This document shows positions 49,327-58,145 of a DNA stretch of 64,000 nt, one piece after another. The notes beneath the pieces are model-generated. The model made no database searches. It was given only the letters and a program-made list of their open reading frames with translations, and had not been told where the DNA came from. Both the position numbers and the translations under genes were made by a program. How positions within the stretch are numbered: the first letter of the stretch is position 1; every line of letters starts with the position of its first letter. Location of the stretch: positions 64,001 to 128,000 of the forward strand of contig JBDRCO010000037.1 in assembly GCA_043821645.1 (NCBI GenBank), read 5' to 3'. The DNA comes from Pseudomonadota bacterium. GTDB lineage: Bacteria > Myxococcota > JACRCW01 > JAFGSX01.

Positions 49327-51654
49327 ATGCTCACGCACGAGCTGGCGTCGACGATCCGCGATGTGGTGGTGCACCGCGAGGGCGCCGTGGTCACGCGCCT
49401 GTGCAGCGTCGAGGCCGGAGCCTGGGCCGAGGAGATCGTGCTGGGCAACCTGCCCCTGTCCCTCATCGACGGCAGCGTGCGCGCCCGGGTCGAGGTGGAG
49501 GGTGCCGCCACCGCGCCCCAGCCCAGTGACGTGCGGGTGGAGATCCAGGCGCCGCCCCTGGGTGAGCCCATCGAGGCGCCCTCGGAGGCGGCTCTGCGCG
49601 AGGCCCGGGAAGAGGTCGCACGCCTCGAGTGGCTGCTGCGTCGAATCGAGGACGAGGTGGCCCTGCTCGAGAAGGTGTCGTACAAGCTGCCAGAGCGCAT
49701 CGAGCGCGAGCCTCCGCGGCCCCTGCACGACGCCGTGATGCGCGGCACTGCATCCTGGATCGAACGCGCGCGCACCCAGCGCGTCGAGCGGCGCGCCGAA
49801 CTGCGGGCCAAGCGGCGCCAGGCCGAGGAGAAACGCGACCGCCTGGAACGGCAGGCCCAGCAGGCCAGGGCCGAGCGCGGCGTCGACGAGACCAAGGTGT
49901 GCAAGCGCGTGCGCGTGCGCTTCGAGACTGTGCAGGGCGCCGGGGCAGGGCGCCTTCTGGTCGAGTACCAGGTCCCGGGGGCGCGCTGGCGACCCGCCTA
50001 CGTGCTGCGGGTGGCCCGGGACGGAACCCGGGCCGACCTCGCCGTGCGCGCGCTGGTGTGCCAGGCCAGCGGTGAGCCCTGGGGTCGGATCCGTCTCGGC
50101 GTATCGTCGGCGGATCTGAGTCGCGAGATCGAGCTGCCCGAGCTGCGGTCGCTGCGCATCGGTCGTCGCCAGGCCGAGCCACCGAAGCGGGCGTGGCGGG
50201 ATACGCCCACCGGCGCCTTCACCCTGTTCGAGGGGCTTGACCGCTTCCTGCAATCCACGCCTCGGCCCACGCCGGGCGCTTTTAGTGACGAGGAGGTCAC
50301 GGCCCCGGGAGGCCCCAGCAGTGGTGGCCCTCAGGGCTCGGTGGAGATCGTTCCCGAGTCCTATCCAAGCGAACCCATGGCGGAGTACGACGACGACGAG
50401 GCCATGGACGCGCTCGACGAACCGATGGCGGTCATGGATGCCGAGATGGACTACGAAGTCTCGGAGCGCATGGAGTCCACCGAGGAGATTGCTGAGGCCG
50501 AGCTCACCCGCACACCCGCGGCTCCGGCCATGATGGCAGCGAACATGGCGCCTCCGGCACCTCCTCCGTCGGCACCCATGCGTTCGGCCCCGCGCGGAGC
50601 CATGGCCAAGGAGAGCGCACCCATCCTGAAAAAGGCCATGCGGATGCGGATGGAGTCGGCCAAGGCGATGATGGCGGACGGCGCCATGGCCTTTGGTTCC
50701 GGTGTCAGCCTGGACGATGACGACGCAGACGAGATCACCCGCGACGTGCTGCTGAGCCAGCTGCAGGTGGCCCAGGGTGCCATGCAATACAGCGAGCTGC
50801 GCCTTGTCGGCTGGAAGGACCCCCAGCACGCCCGCGGCTCGCTGCGCCAGGTCGGACTGCGCGACGCCCTCGAGGATCTCACGCCGTCGGCCCTGCGCCA
50901 GGTCGAGCGCGTGCTGTCCACGGCTCAGCGCCGCGCCCTGCACCTGGACCCCTTTGCACCGGCCACCCAGTCCCTGGACCGCAGCGCCGGTAGCTTCGAC
51001 TACCGCTACGACGCGACGGGGCCCGTGGATGTGCCCGCGGATGGCAAGGTGCACAGCGTGCCGCTGTTCACCGAGGGAACGCGCGTGGAGATGACCTTGG
51101 TGGTGGTCCCCCGCGAGAGCGACCAGGCCGTGCGCGTGGCGTCGCTGGAGAACCCTCTCAAGGCGCCGCTGCTCGCCGGGCCGGCCGAGATCTACCTCGA
51201 GGACGAGTTCCTGGTGGACTCGCGCCTGGATACGGTGCCCAAGGGAGGCCGCATCGACATCGGCCTGGGTGTCGAGGAAGCCCTCAAGGTCGCGCGCAAT
51301 ACCCACTTCAAGGAGAGCACCCAGGGTCTGCTGCGCGGCGGTCTGGGCCTCGAGCACAGCATCGAGATCGAGCTCGGCTCGCGCCTGGGTGCGCTGGCAC
51401 ACATCGAGGTGCGCGAGCGCATCCCGCACGCGCCCAGAGATGCCAAGGATTCACTGGTGGTCGAGGAGGGTGCGATCGACCCACCCTGGGAGAAGTGGAC
51501 CCAGAGCCCCGAGCACAGGCTCGAGGCTGGCCGGCGCTGGCGCCTGGACCTCAAGCCTGGAGAGACGCGCACGCTCAAGGCGTCCTACGTGGTCCACATC
51601 GATGCCAAGGATGAGCTGGTGGGCGGCAACCGCCGCGAGCGAGGTGCCCGATGA
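49327..51654 (+). CDS. DUF4139-domain protein (MuiA-like) with acidic/Met-rich insertion
   Basis: V.V...GAVVTR, a coiled coil, Y.VPGARWRPAY, QASGEPW, VPADG..H, PLLAGPAEIY and LGV. Confidence 0.85.
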   Translation: MLTHELASTIRDVVVHREGAVVTRLCSVEAGAWAEEIVLGNLPLSLIDGSVRARVEVEGAATAPQPSDVRVEIQAPPLGEPIEAPSEAALREAREEVARLEWLLRRIEDEVALLEKVSYKLPERIEREPPRPLHDAVMRGTASWIERARTQRVERRAELRAKRRQAEEKRDRLERQAQQARAERGVDETKVCKRVRVRFETVQGAGAGRLLVEYQVPGARWRPAYVLRVARDGTRADLAVRALVCQASGEPWGRIRLGVSSADLSREIELPELRSLRIGRRQAEPPKRAWRDTPTGAFTLFEGLDRFLQSTPRPTPGAFSDEEVTAPGGPSSGGPQGSVEIVPESYPSEPMAEYDDDEAMDALDEPMAVMDAEMDYEVSERMESTEEIAEAELTRTPAAPAMMAANMAPPAPPPSAPMRSAPRGAMAKESAPILKKAMRMRMESAKAMMADGAMAFGSGVSLDDDDADEITRDVLLSQLQVAQGAMQYSELRLVGWKDPQHARGSLRQVGLRDALEDLTPSALRQVERVLSTAQRRALHLDPFAPATQSLDRSAGSFDYRYDATGPVDVPADGKVHSVPLFTEGTRVEMTLVVVPRESDQAVRVASLENPLKAPLLAGPAEIYLEDEFLVDSRLDTVPKGGRIDIGLGVEEALKVARNTHFKESTQGLLRGGLGLEHSIEIELGSRLGALAHIEVRERIPHAPRDAKDSLVVEEGAIDPPWEKWTQSPEHRLEAGRRWRLDLKPGETRTLKASYVVHIDAKDELVGGNRRERGAR

Positions 51655-53201
51655 CCACCCCGACGAGCACACCCGTGGTGATCCCTGCTGCTGTGGCCGA
51701 GGTGCTGCTGCTCGAGGACCGCGCCCAGATCTGGCGTCGCGTCGATGTCGAGCTGGTAGCCGGTGCCAATGTGTTGCGCATCGAGGATGTCACACCCCTG
51801 GTCGCGGATCGCACCCTGACTGCCCGCGCCGGCGGTGCGGTGCGCGTCGACGAGGCGCGGGTGCGACGGCGCTGGCGCATCGGCGCGACCGAGCGACCCA
51901 AGATCGCCGGCGACCTCGAGCGCGAGGAGCAGCGCATCGAGGAGGCCATGGCTCTTGGCGAGGAGTCCATGGCGGCCCTGGATCACAGGCGGCGCCTGCT
52001 GGACTCGGCCCACGCCATGCTGGTGCAGAGCATCAACCGCGAGCTGCCCTACCACGAGGATTTCGAGCCGCGCTGGGAGCAGGGCTTTGCGGCCATTGCC
52101 GACGAGAAAGCAGCTCTGGACGGCCAGTGGATAGACAGGCAGCAGCAGCAACAGGCACTCGAGCGAGAACTCGAGGCCCTGGGTCTGCAGCGCAGCATCC
52201 ACGCGCGTTCCGACGACGAGATCGCGACCTCCATCGAGCTGTGGCTCACCGCCGAGGCCGCGGGGCGCGTGCAGCTCGAGGTCACCTACACCGTGCCGTG
52301 TGCCCTGTGGCGGCCCATTCACCGCGCCACCCTGCGCGGCAGGGCCCTGCGCTTCGAATGCGAGGCCGCCGTGTGGCAGGTCACGGGCGAGGACTGGGAC
52401 CAGGCCCGGCTGCGTTTCTCGACCGCACGTCCCACCCAGCGCGCCGAGCCACCCGTGCTCGAGGACGATCAGCTGCAGGTGCGGCGCAAGACCGAGAAGG
52501 TGGTCAAGGTCGGTCTGCGCGAGACCACCATTGCCACCACTGGAGAGGGCGCGGCCACCCAGGGAGCCCCAGAGTTGCCAGGAGTCGACGACGGCGGCGA
52601 GACCCGCCTGCTCGAGGCCAGCGTGCGAACGTGCATCCCCAGCGACGGGCGCATGCGCCGCATCCCCACCTTCGTCTTCGAAGGTGAGGCCGAGCGCGAC
52701 CACCTGTGCTGCCCCGAGCTGTCGCCCCTGGTGCACCTGCGCTCGCGCCAGGTCAACACGGCTCCGCATCCGCTGCTCGCCGGCCCCGTGGACCTGCTGC
52801 GCGACAGCGGCTACGTCGGTCGCACCCAGATCGGCTTCGTGGCACCGGGTGAGCGCTTTGCCCTGGGCTGGGGCAGCGAGGACAGCCTGCGCGTGCAGCG
52901 CGCCCTGCACGAGCATCGCGACACCACGCGCATCACCGGCAAGCAGACCATCAAACGCGAGATCAAGCTCAGTCTGAGCAACCTGGACGCGTCGCTGGCG
53001 CGCTTCGCGGTTCAGGAGCGGGTGCCGGTGTCCGAGATCGACAAGGTCAAGGTGCAGGTCGAGAAGGACGAGACCAGGCCCCCGGCGGCGCCTGATGCCA
53101 ACGGCATCGTCAGCTGGCCAGTGCAGCTCCCCGGTCGCGACACCGACCACATCACCCTGGTGTACACCCTGACCGCGAGCTCCGACGTCGAGGGGCTGTG
53201 A
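51651..53201 (+). CDS. Mucoidy inhibitor MuiA-family (DUF4140/DUF4139) protein
   Basis: V.LLEDRAQI.R, Y.VPCALWRP.H, WQVTGEDW, IPSDG, PLLAGPVDL and V.ERVPVSEI. ATGA overlap with the previous gene. Confidence 0.88.
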   Translation: MTTPTSTPVVIPAAVAEVLLLEDRAQIWRRVDVELVAGANVLRIEDVTPLVADRTLTARAGGAVRVDEARVRRRWRIGATERPKIAGDLEREEQRIEEAMALGEESMAALDHRRRLLDSAHAMLVQSINRELPYHEDFEPRWEQGFAAIADEKAALDGQWIDRQQQQQALERELEALGLQRSIHARSDDEIATSIELWLTAEAAGRVQLEVTYTVPCALWRPIHRATLRGRALRFECEAAVWQVTGEDWDQARLRFSTARPTQRAEPPVLEDDQLQVRRKTEKVVKVGLRETTIATTGEGAATQGAPELPGVDDGGETRLLEASVRTCIPSDGRMRRIPTFVFEGEAERDHLCCPELSPLVHLRSRQVNTAPHPLLAGPVDLLRDSGYVGRTQIGFVAPGERFALGWGSEDSLRVQRALHEHRDTTRITGKQTIKREIKLSLSNLDASLARFAVQERVPVSEIDKVKVQVEKDETRPPAAPDANGIVSWPVQLPGRDTDHITLVYTLTASSDVEGL

Positions 53202-53442
53202 GCTCCTGATTCCACACAGCACGCCGTCCCGCCGAAGCCACCTCCGGTCTCGCGCGCTACGCCTTCGTCTCGACCTCTGACGCTGAGCACGCAGCCGACG
53301 CGAAAATCCCGACCTGAACGGCGAGGAATCCAGCCATCTTACAGTGGGAGAAAAGTGGCCATTGGGTATACTTCGCGACCTCGGGGTGGGGACTATCGAC
53401 AGCCGGTGGTGCGCCATCCTTCACCTTCACGCTGGAGGCGAC

Positions 53443-56400
53443 ATGCGTCTGTCCACACTGTTCGGTGTGCCGTTGCTGATGGCTCTGGCCGTCCAGGGCT
53501 GTGATTGCGGCGGCGAGACGCCCGAGACCAAGGATAGCGGGCGACCCGCCGTCGACGCCGGGCGCCAGGACGCCGCGACTCTGGATGCGCTGCAGCCCGA
53601 CACCAGTGGTCAGGACCTCGTCGTCACGGGTGACGCAGCCACGAGCGATTCTGCCATGATCGATGTGCTGGTCCAGGACGCGAGCGCCGGTGACTCGAGC
53701 ACGGCGGATGCAGCAACCACCGACTCCTCGGTGGCAGACATCCTGCTGACCGATGCGGCCGCCGGTGACACCTCGGCAGCAGATGTCACGGGCACCGACG
53801 CGGCTGTGGCCGACGTGGTGACCGGCGACGTGAGCCCGCCCGACGTTCCGCTGCTCGATGCTCTGTCAACGGACACATCGAGCTCGGACAGTGCGCTGGG
53901 CGACGCCACGGTGACCGACGCCGACACGACGGATGCTCAGAGCCAGCCTGATGCCTGGACCCCGACGCCCCTGGCTGCGGCCTGGATCGGCGCCCATGCC
54001 GATTTTCAGGGCTGGCGCAGCGCCACGCGACCGGCCGCGGGAGCCGGTGATGGCATGTTCAGGTACCTGCAGGCGGCGGTGGTGGCCTCGGGCTACCTGT
54101 ACGCCATCGACCACGGCAACGCCCGGCTGAGCAAGTTCGAGCTCAGCACCGGCGCCTTCGTGGGCTGGACCGGAAAGGTCGATATGACGCCGACGGGAGG
54201 TGACACGGGCTGCGCGCAGACACCGTACGGAGTCCTGACCCCTGGTTGGTGCCTGGGTGGCACCTCGCTCCTGACCGTGGGCGGCACAGGCCAGCTGTAC
54301 TCCCCCATGGCCCTCGCCATCGTGGGGGACACGATCTACGTCGCCAACAGCAGCTCCGAGATCTTCAAGTACAGCGCCAGCACGGGCGTGTTCCTGGGGG
54401 CCATCGCCACGACGGGGGTCTACCTGTCGGGCCTCGCTGTCGACGACAGCTTCATCTATGTTTCGAATGGGCAAGGCAGCCGCGTGCTGCGCTACAGCAG
54501 GAGCAGCGAGACCCTCTCGGGCTGGCTGGGCCGTGCCTCCAGCACCCCGGATAGCTGCCTGGCTGGTGCGCTTCCGTCGACGCCGGGCTTCACTGGCGGG
54601 TGGTGCACCGGTGGCGGCTCCGCAAGTGGCACCCTCGATGGCGAGCTCGATAATCCCATGGGGATTGCCCAGGCGGCCGGGAAGCTCTACGTCTCGGACT
54701 ATGGCAACTCGCGGGTACAGCGCTTCGACGCCACCACTGGCGCCTTCGAGGCGTGGCTGGGCACGGTGGGTGCGACCACACCGACACTGGGCGGGGACTG
54801 TGCAGGTCAAGCCTCGGACTACGTGGCGCAGGGATGGTGCACGGGTGGCACCGCTGCGGGGACCAGTGGCAACCACGGGGAGGTGGGTTACAACTTGGCG
54901 CTCCACGTGTCGGGTGGCTCGCTCTTCATCGTGCGCTCGGACTCCCGGGTCTCCAAGTACAACGCGGCCACCGGCGCCTTCATCGGCTGGACAGGTCGCA
55001 TCGGCGACTTCGCACCGGACTCCTGCCTCGCTGGCGTGCCCGACCCGTTCACGGCTCGGGCCACCGCGAGCTGGTGTGTCGGTGGCAGCCACTGGACCGG
55101 AGGCGCAGGCTGGAGGGACGGGCAGCTCGATACCACCAGCGGTGTCTTTGATGATGGCAGTGGAAACCTCTACGTCACGGAATACGCAGCCGGCCGCGTG
55201 CATCGCTTCAACACGGACACCGGCACCGCGACGGGCTGGCTGGGCGGCTCCGCTCTGCCGCCTTCGGGCTGGTCGACCGAGGACCAACCAGGCCCGGCCG
55301 AGGGCTACCTCGACGGCATGCTCGGCAGCGCCACTCGTGTCTGGTGGGATGCTACCCACGATGCCCTGTACGTGACGGCGCTGGCGCGAGTGCTCAAGTT
55401 CGTGGCCTCGACCGGGACTTTTGTCGGATGGGCCGGTCGCACCTCCACGGCACCCGTGAGCTGCGTGGGTGCCGCGCCGGCCACTGTGCCAGGGCCCACG
55501 GGGAGCTGGTGCCAGGGCGGCGTGGCCGAGACCGGGCAGGGCGATGGAGAGTTCGACTGGACGCCGGCCGGACTCTACGTCGACGCGGACTACCTCTATG
55601 TGGCGGACGGGAACAATGGCCGGGTCGTACGCCTGACCCATGACGGAGCCTCTGCCGGCTGGGTGGGCCTCATCGCGGACGATACCGGGATCTCGCCTCC
55701 GGCCTGCGCAAGTGCAGGTACCGGCGCCTTCACCCCGACCTGGTGCAGCGGCGGCAGGGCGGTGGCATATGGTCGAGACTATTTCGGCTACGTCGAGCAG
55801 CTCACGATCTCCGGCACCCTGATGCACGTGGCGGATCTGACCAACAATCGGGTCGACCGCGTGGACCTGACCCCGGACAACTTCACCTTCGTCGGCTGGA
55901 CCGGGCGCGTGGGCAGCAGCAGCGGCAACCAACCGACCTCCTGCCTGGGCGGCTCGACCCCGGGGCTGGGCGAGGCAACCCAGGACTGGTGCCTGGGCGG
56001 CCGCTCCGCCGAGGGAAACGGCGACGGCATGCTTCGTCAACCTCGGGGCCTCACCGTGGATTCTGCAGGCAATCTCTATGTCTCCGATGACAACCACCGG
56101 ATCAGCAAGTTCGCTCCCGATGGGTCCTTCGTGGGCTGGATAGGTTCCAGCTCCAGCACGATCGTGGGCGGGGCTTGCGATGGGTTGAGCGGCGCGCTTC
56201 CGGGCTGGTGCACCGGTGGCACGCCAAATTGGTCCATGATCGACGGCAGCTTCCACGACCCCTATGCCGTCGTCTACGAGCCCAGTAGTGGCGAACTGTA
56301 CGTGGCCAACCTGAACAGCGCGCGGATCGACAGGATAGATGCTGCCACCGGGGCCTTCGTTGGCTGGGCCGGTCGTGTGGGCATCGTGCCGACCGGTGGC

Positions 56401-56583
56401 GATGCGGATTGCACACTCACGCCTGTGGGGGGCCGCACGCCGGGCTGGTGCACGGGGGGCGGCGCCATCGCGGGCAATGGCAATGGTCACTTCAACCCGA
56501 CCGATGTCTTCGTCGAAGACCAGGTGCTGTTCATCGCCGACGGTCAGCGCCACCGCGTCACGCGCCTCGCCAAGCATCCCTGA
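53443..56583 (+). CDS. NHL-repeat lipoprotein (two six-bladed propellers) with Asp-periodic stalk
   Basis: GGAGG RBS, lipobox VQG-CDC, a D-x4 linker, and twelve LYV.D..N.R..(K/R)F-type blades. Confidence 0.88.
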   Translation: MRLSTLFGVPLLMALAVQGCDCGGETPETKDSGRPAVDAGRQDAATLDALQPDTSGQDLVVTGDAATSDSAMIDVLVQDASAGDSSTADAATTDSSVADILLTDAAAGDTSAADVTGTDAAVADVVTGDVSPPDVPLLDALSTDTSSSDSALGDATVTDADTTDAQSQPDAWTPTPLAAAWIGAHADFQGWRSATRPAAGAGDGMFRYLQAAVVASGYLYAIDHGNARLSKFELSTGAFVGWTGKVDMTPTGGDTGCAQTPYGVLTPGWCLGGTSLLTVGGTGQLYSPMALAIVGDTIYVANSSSEIFKYSASTGVFLGAIATTGVYLSGLAVDDSFIYVSNGQGSRVLRYSRSSETLSGWLGRASSTPDSCLAGALPSTPGFTGGWCTGGGSASGTLDGELDNPMGIAQAAGKLYVSDYGNSRVQRFDATTGAFEAWLGTVGATTPTLGGDCAGQASDYVAQGWCTGGTAAGTSGNHGEVGYNLALHVSGGSLFIVRSDSRVSKYNAATGAFIGWTGRIGDFAPDSCLAGVPDPFTARATASWCVGGSHWTGGAGWRDGQLDTTSGVFDDGSGNLYVTEYAAGRVHRFNTDTGTATGWLGGSALPPSGWSTEDQPGPAEGYLDGMLGSATRVWWDATHDALYVTALARVLKFVASTGTFVGWAGRTSTAPVSCVGAAPATVPGPTGSWCQGGVAETGQGDGEFDWTPAGLYVDADYLYVADGNNGRVVRLTHDGASAGWVGLIADDTGISPPACASAGTGAFTPTWCSGGRAVAYGRDYFGYVEQLTISGTLMHVADLTNNRVDRVDLTPDNFTFVGWTGRVGSSSGNQPTSCLGGSTPGLGEATQDWCLGGRSAEGNGDGMLRQPRGLTVDSAGNLYVSDDNHRISKFAPDGSFVGWIGSSSSTIVGGACDGLSGALPGWCTGGTPNWSMIDGSFHDPYAVVYEPSSGELYVANLNSARIDRIDAATGAFVGWAGRVGIVPTGGDADCTLTPVGGRTPGWCTGGGAIAGNGNGHFNPTDVFVEDQVLFIADGQRHRVTRLAKHP

Positions 56584-56620
56584 GGCACTGCTCTCATCGA
56601 GATCTCGTGCGTGCCCCGGT

Positions 56621-57694
56621 CTAGCTCCGCCCCACCAGCTGCGGCGCCCGCAGCGTCGAGCGGCGCAGGGCCAGCGCCAGCAACCCACCTGAGAAGAAGC
56701 CACCGATGTGTGCGAACCAGGCCACCTGGGGCATTCCCGCCGAAGCCATCAAGAACTGGTAGCCAATCCAGATGCCGAGATACAGCACCACGCGGACCTT
56801 GATGCGAACGAAGAAGAACACCATCCACAGCTTGACCCGTGGGAACAGCACCAGGTACGCCGCCATCAGACCCGCGACCCCGCCCGACGCCCCGACGCAG
56901 GGGATGGTGGTCGAGGCATTGAAGGCAGCGTGCAGCAGACTCCCGACCAGCACGGCACCCCAGAACACGACGGCGAAGCCGAGCGTGCCCAGTCTGTCCT
57001 CGACGTTGTCGCCGAAGATGTACAGGAAATACATATTGCCGAGGAGGTGAAGCAGGCTCGCGTGCAGCAGCGCGGTGGTGAGCACTCCCCACGGTTGCTC
57101 GCCCCGCCACAGCCGCTCCGGGATGAGAGCCAGCTGCATCACCCCGACCTCGCCGGCTTGCAGCTCCCACACGTAAACGAGGACCAGCGTCAGCAGCGTG
57201 CCGATGAGCATCCACGGTCGACGACGCACGGGGTTGTACACCTCGCGCGGCAGTCCGGTCAGCAGCTGGAACAGATAGGTCCGGGCACCGCCGGCATTGG
57301 CCTCGGCCTGCTCCCTCGCCTCCTGCTCGGCCTGCCAGGCCTCGACGATCTCGACCAGGTGCCTGTCCTCGCCGCCATCGAGCCACAGCCCCTTGCAGCG
57401 ACCGCACACATCCAGGTCCAGCGCCCTGTCACCGCTGCTCAGCCTGAAGGTCTCCATGCGACCGTGACCGTCCGGGCACCGCAGCTTCGATACACCGCGG
57501 GACTGCACCTCCTCGCCGTCGAGCCAGCGTGCAGGTTCGGTCGCGGTACCGTAGAGCTGGGCGGCCTCGCCCGGATCCAGGAACAGACCGCGGCAGCGCG
57601 AACAGCGGTCGGTCTGCGCGACGGCGTCAGCGTGGTGGTCGAGGACAAAGGTGCAGCGTGGGCATTGGCGGGGTGCCGCAGCGGGCGAGTTCAC
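56621..57694 (-). CDS. Rhomboid intramembrane serine protease with two N-terminal zf-TFIIB-like zinc ribbons
   Basis: CPRC...CSRCRGLFLD.GE and CPDGH...CGRCKGLWLD.GE, then HLLGNM.FL.IFGDNVED, GASG (catalytic Ser) and AHIGG (catalytic His). Confidence 0.92.
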   Translation of the reverse strand: MNSPAAAPRQCPRCTFVLDHHADAVAQTDRCSRCRGLFLDPGEAAQLYGTATEPARWLDGEEVQSRGVSKLRCPDGHGRMETFRLSSGDRALDLDVCGRCKGLWLDGGEDRHLVEIVEAWQAEQEAREQAEANAGGARTYLFQLLTGLPREVYNPVRRRPWMLIGTLLTLVLVYVWELQAGEVGVMQLALIPERLWRGEQPWGVLTTALLHASLLHLLGNMYFLYIFGDNVEDRLGTLGFAVVFWGAVLVGSLLHAAFNASTTIPCVGASGGVAGLMAAYLVLFPRVKLWMVFFFVRIKVRVVLYLGIWIGYQFLMASAGMPQVAWFAHIGGFFSGGLLALALRRSTLRAPQLVGRS

Positions 57695-57789
57695 GCGCTT
57701 GGTCCCCCCGTGTCGGGTTCGTAGCCAGTGGTCGTTGCCAGCTATCGAAGCACCAAAAGCAGGTCAGCGTCGTCGGGTTCCAAGAGCGC

Positions 57790-58029
57790 TCACAGTTCAA
57801 GCTCACCCTTGGCGTGGGCGCGCATCAGGTAGGCCAGCACCATCAGGTGCACGGCGCGCGGCCGCATCTCGTTGTCGGGCTTGAAGCCCAGGGCCTCGGC
57901 CAGGGACACGAAAACGCCCAACATGTCGTCGCCCACCTCGTCGGTGATGAGCGTGTCCAGGACGTCGGCGGGCAGGTTCTGCATGGCCTTGAGGGCACTG
58001 ACGGCCTTCTTGGAGTTCGGGGCAGTCAT
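57790..58029 (-). CDS. Small hypothetical protein (79 aa)
   Basis: Strong AGGAGA RBS and coding-like codon usage. Confidence 0.65.
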   Translation of the reverse strand: MTAPNSKKAVSALKAMQNLPADVLDTLITDEVGDDMLGVFVSLAEALGFKPDNEMRPRAVHLMVLAYLMRAHAKGELEL

Positions 58030-58145
58030 AAAATCTCCTATCGCGCCGCACGGTGTTTGGGCGCTTCCTGCATGGTGCCTGCCGCCGCCGCCATTCTCAA
58101 GTCTCAATGAGTATGATCCAGTGCGGCTGTCACAGGAGGTCACCC

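Noticed and set aside
53866..56703. Long antisense ORFs (also 28212-30500, 49207-51429, 737-2368, and the 22105-23139 extension of the MFS)
   Set aside because: These are shadow ORFs typical of high-GC3 genes. The opposite strand carries the recognisable motifs.
56621..57694. Rhomboid as the sortase for the C-terminal tags
   Set aside because: Rhombosortases process GlyGly-CTERM tags. The tags here are Cys-containing MYXO-CTERM type, and no tagged gene is adjacent.
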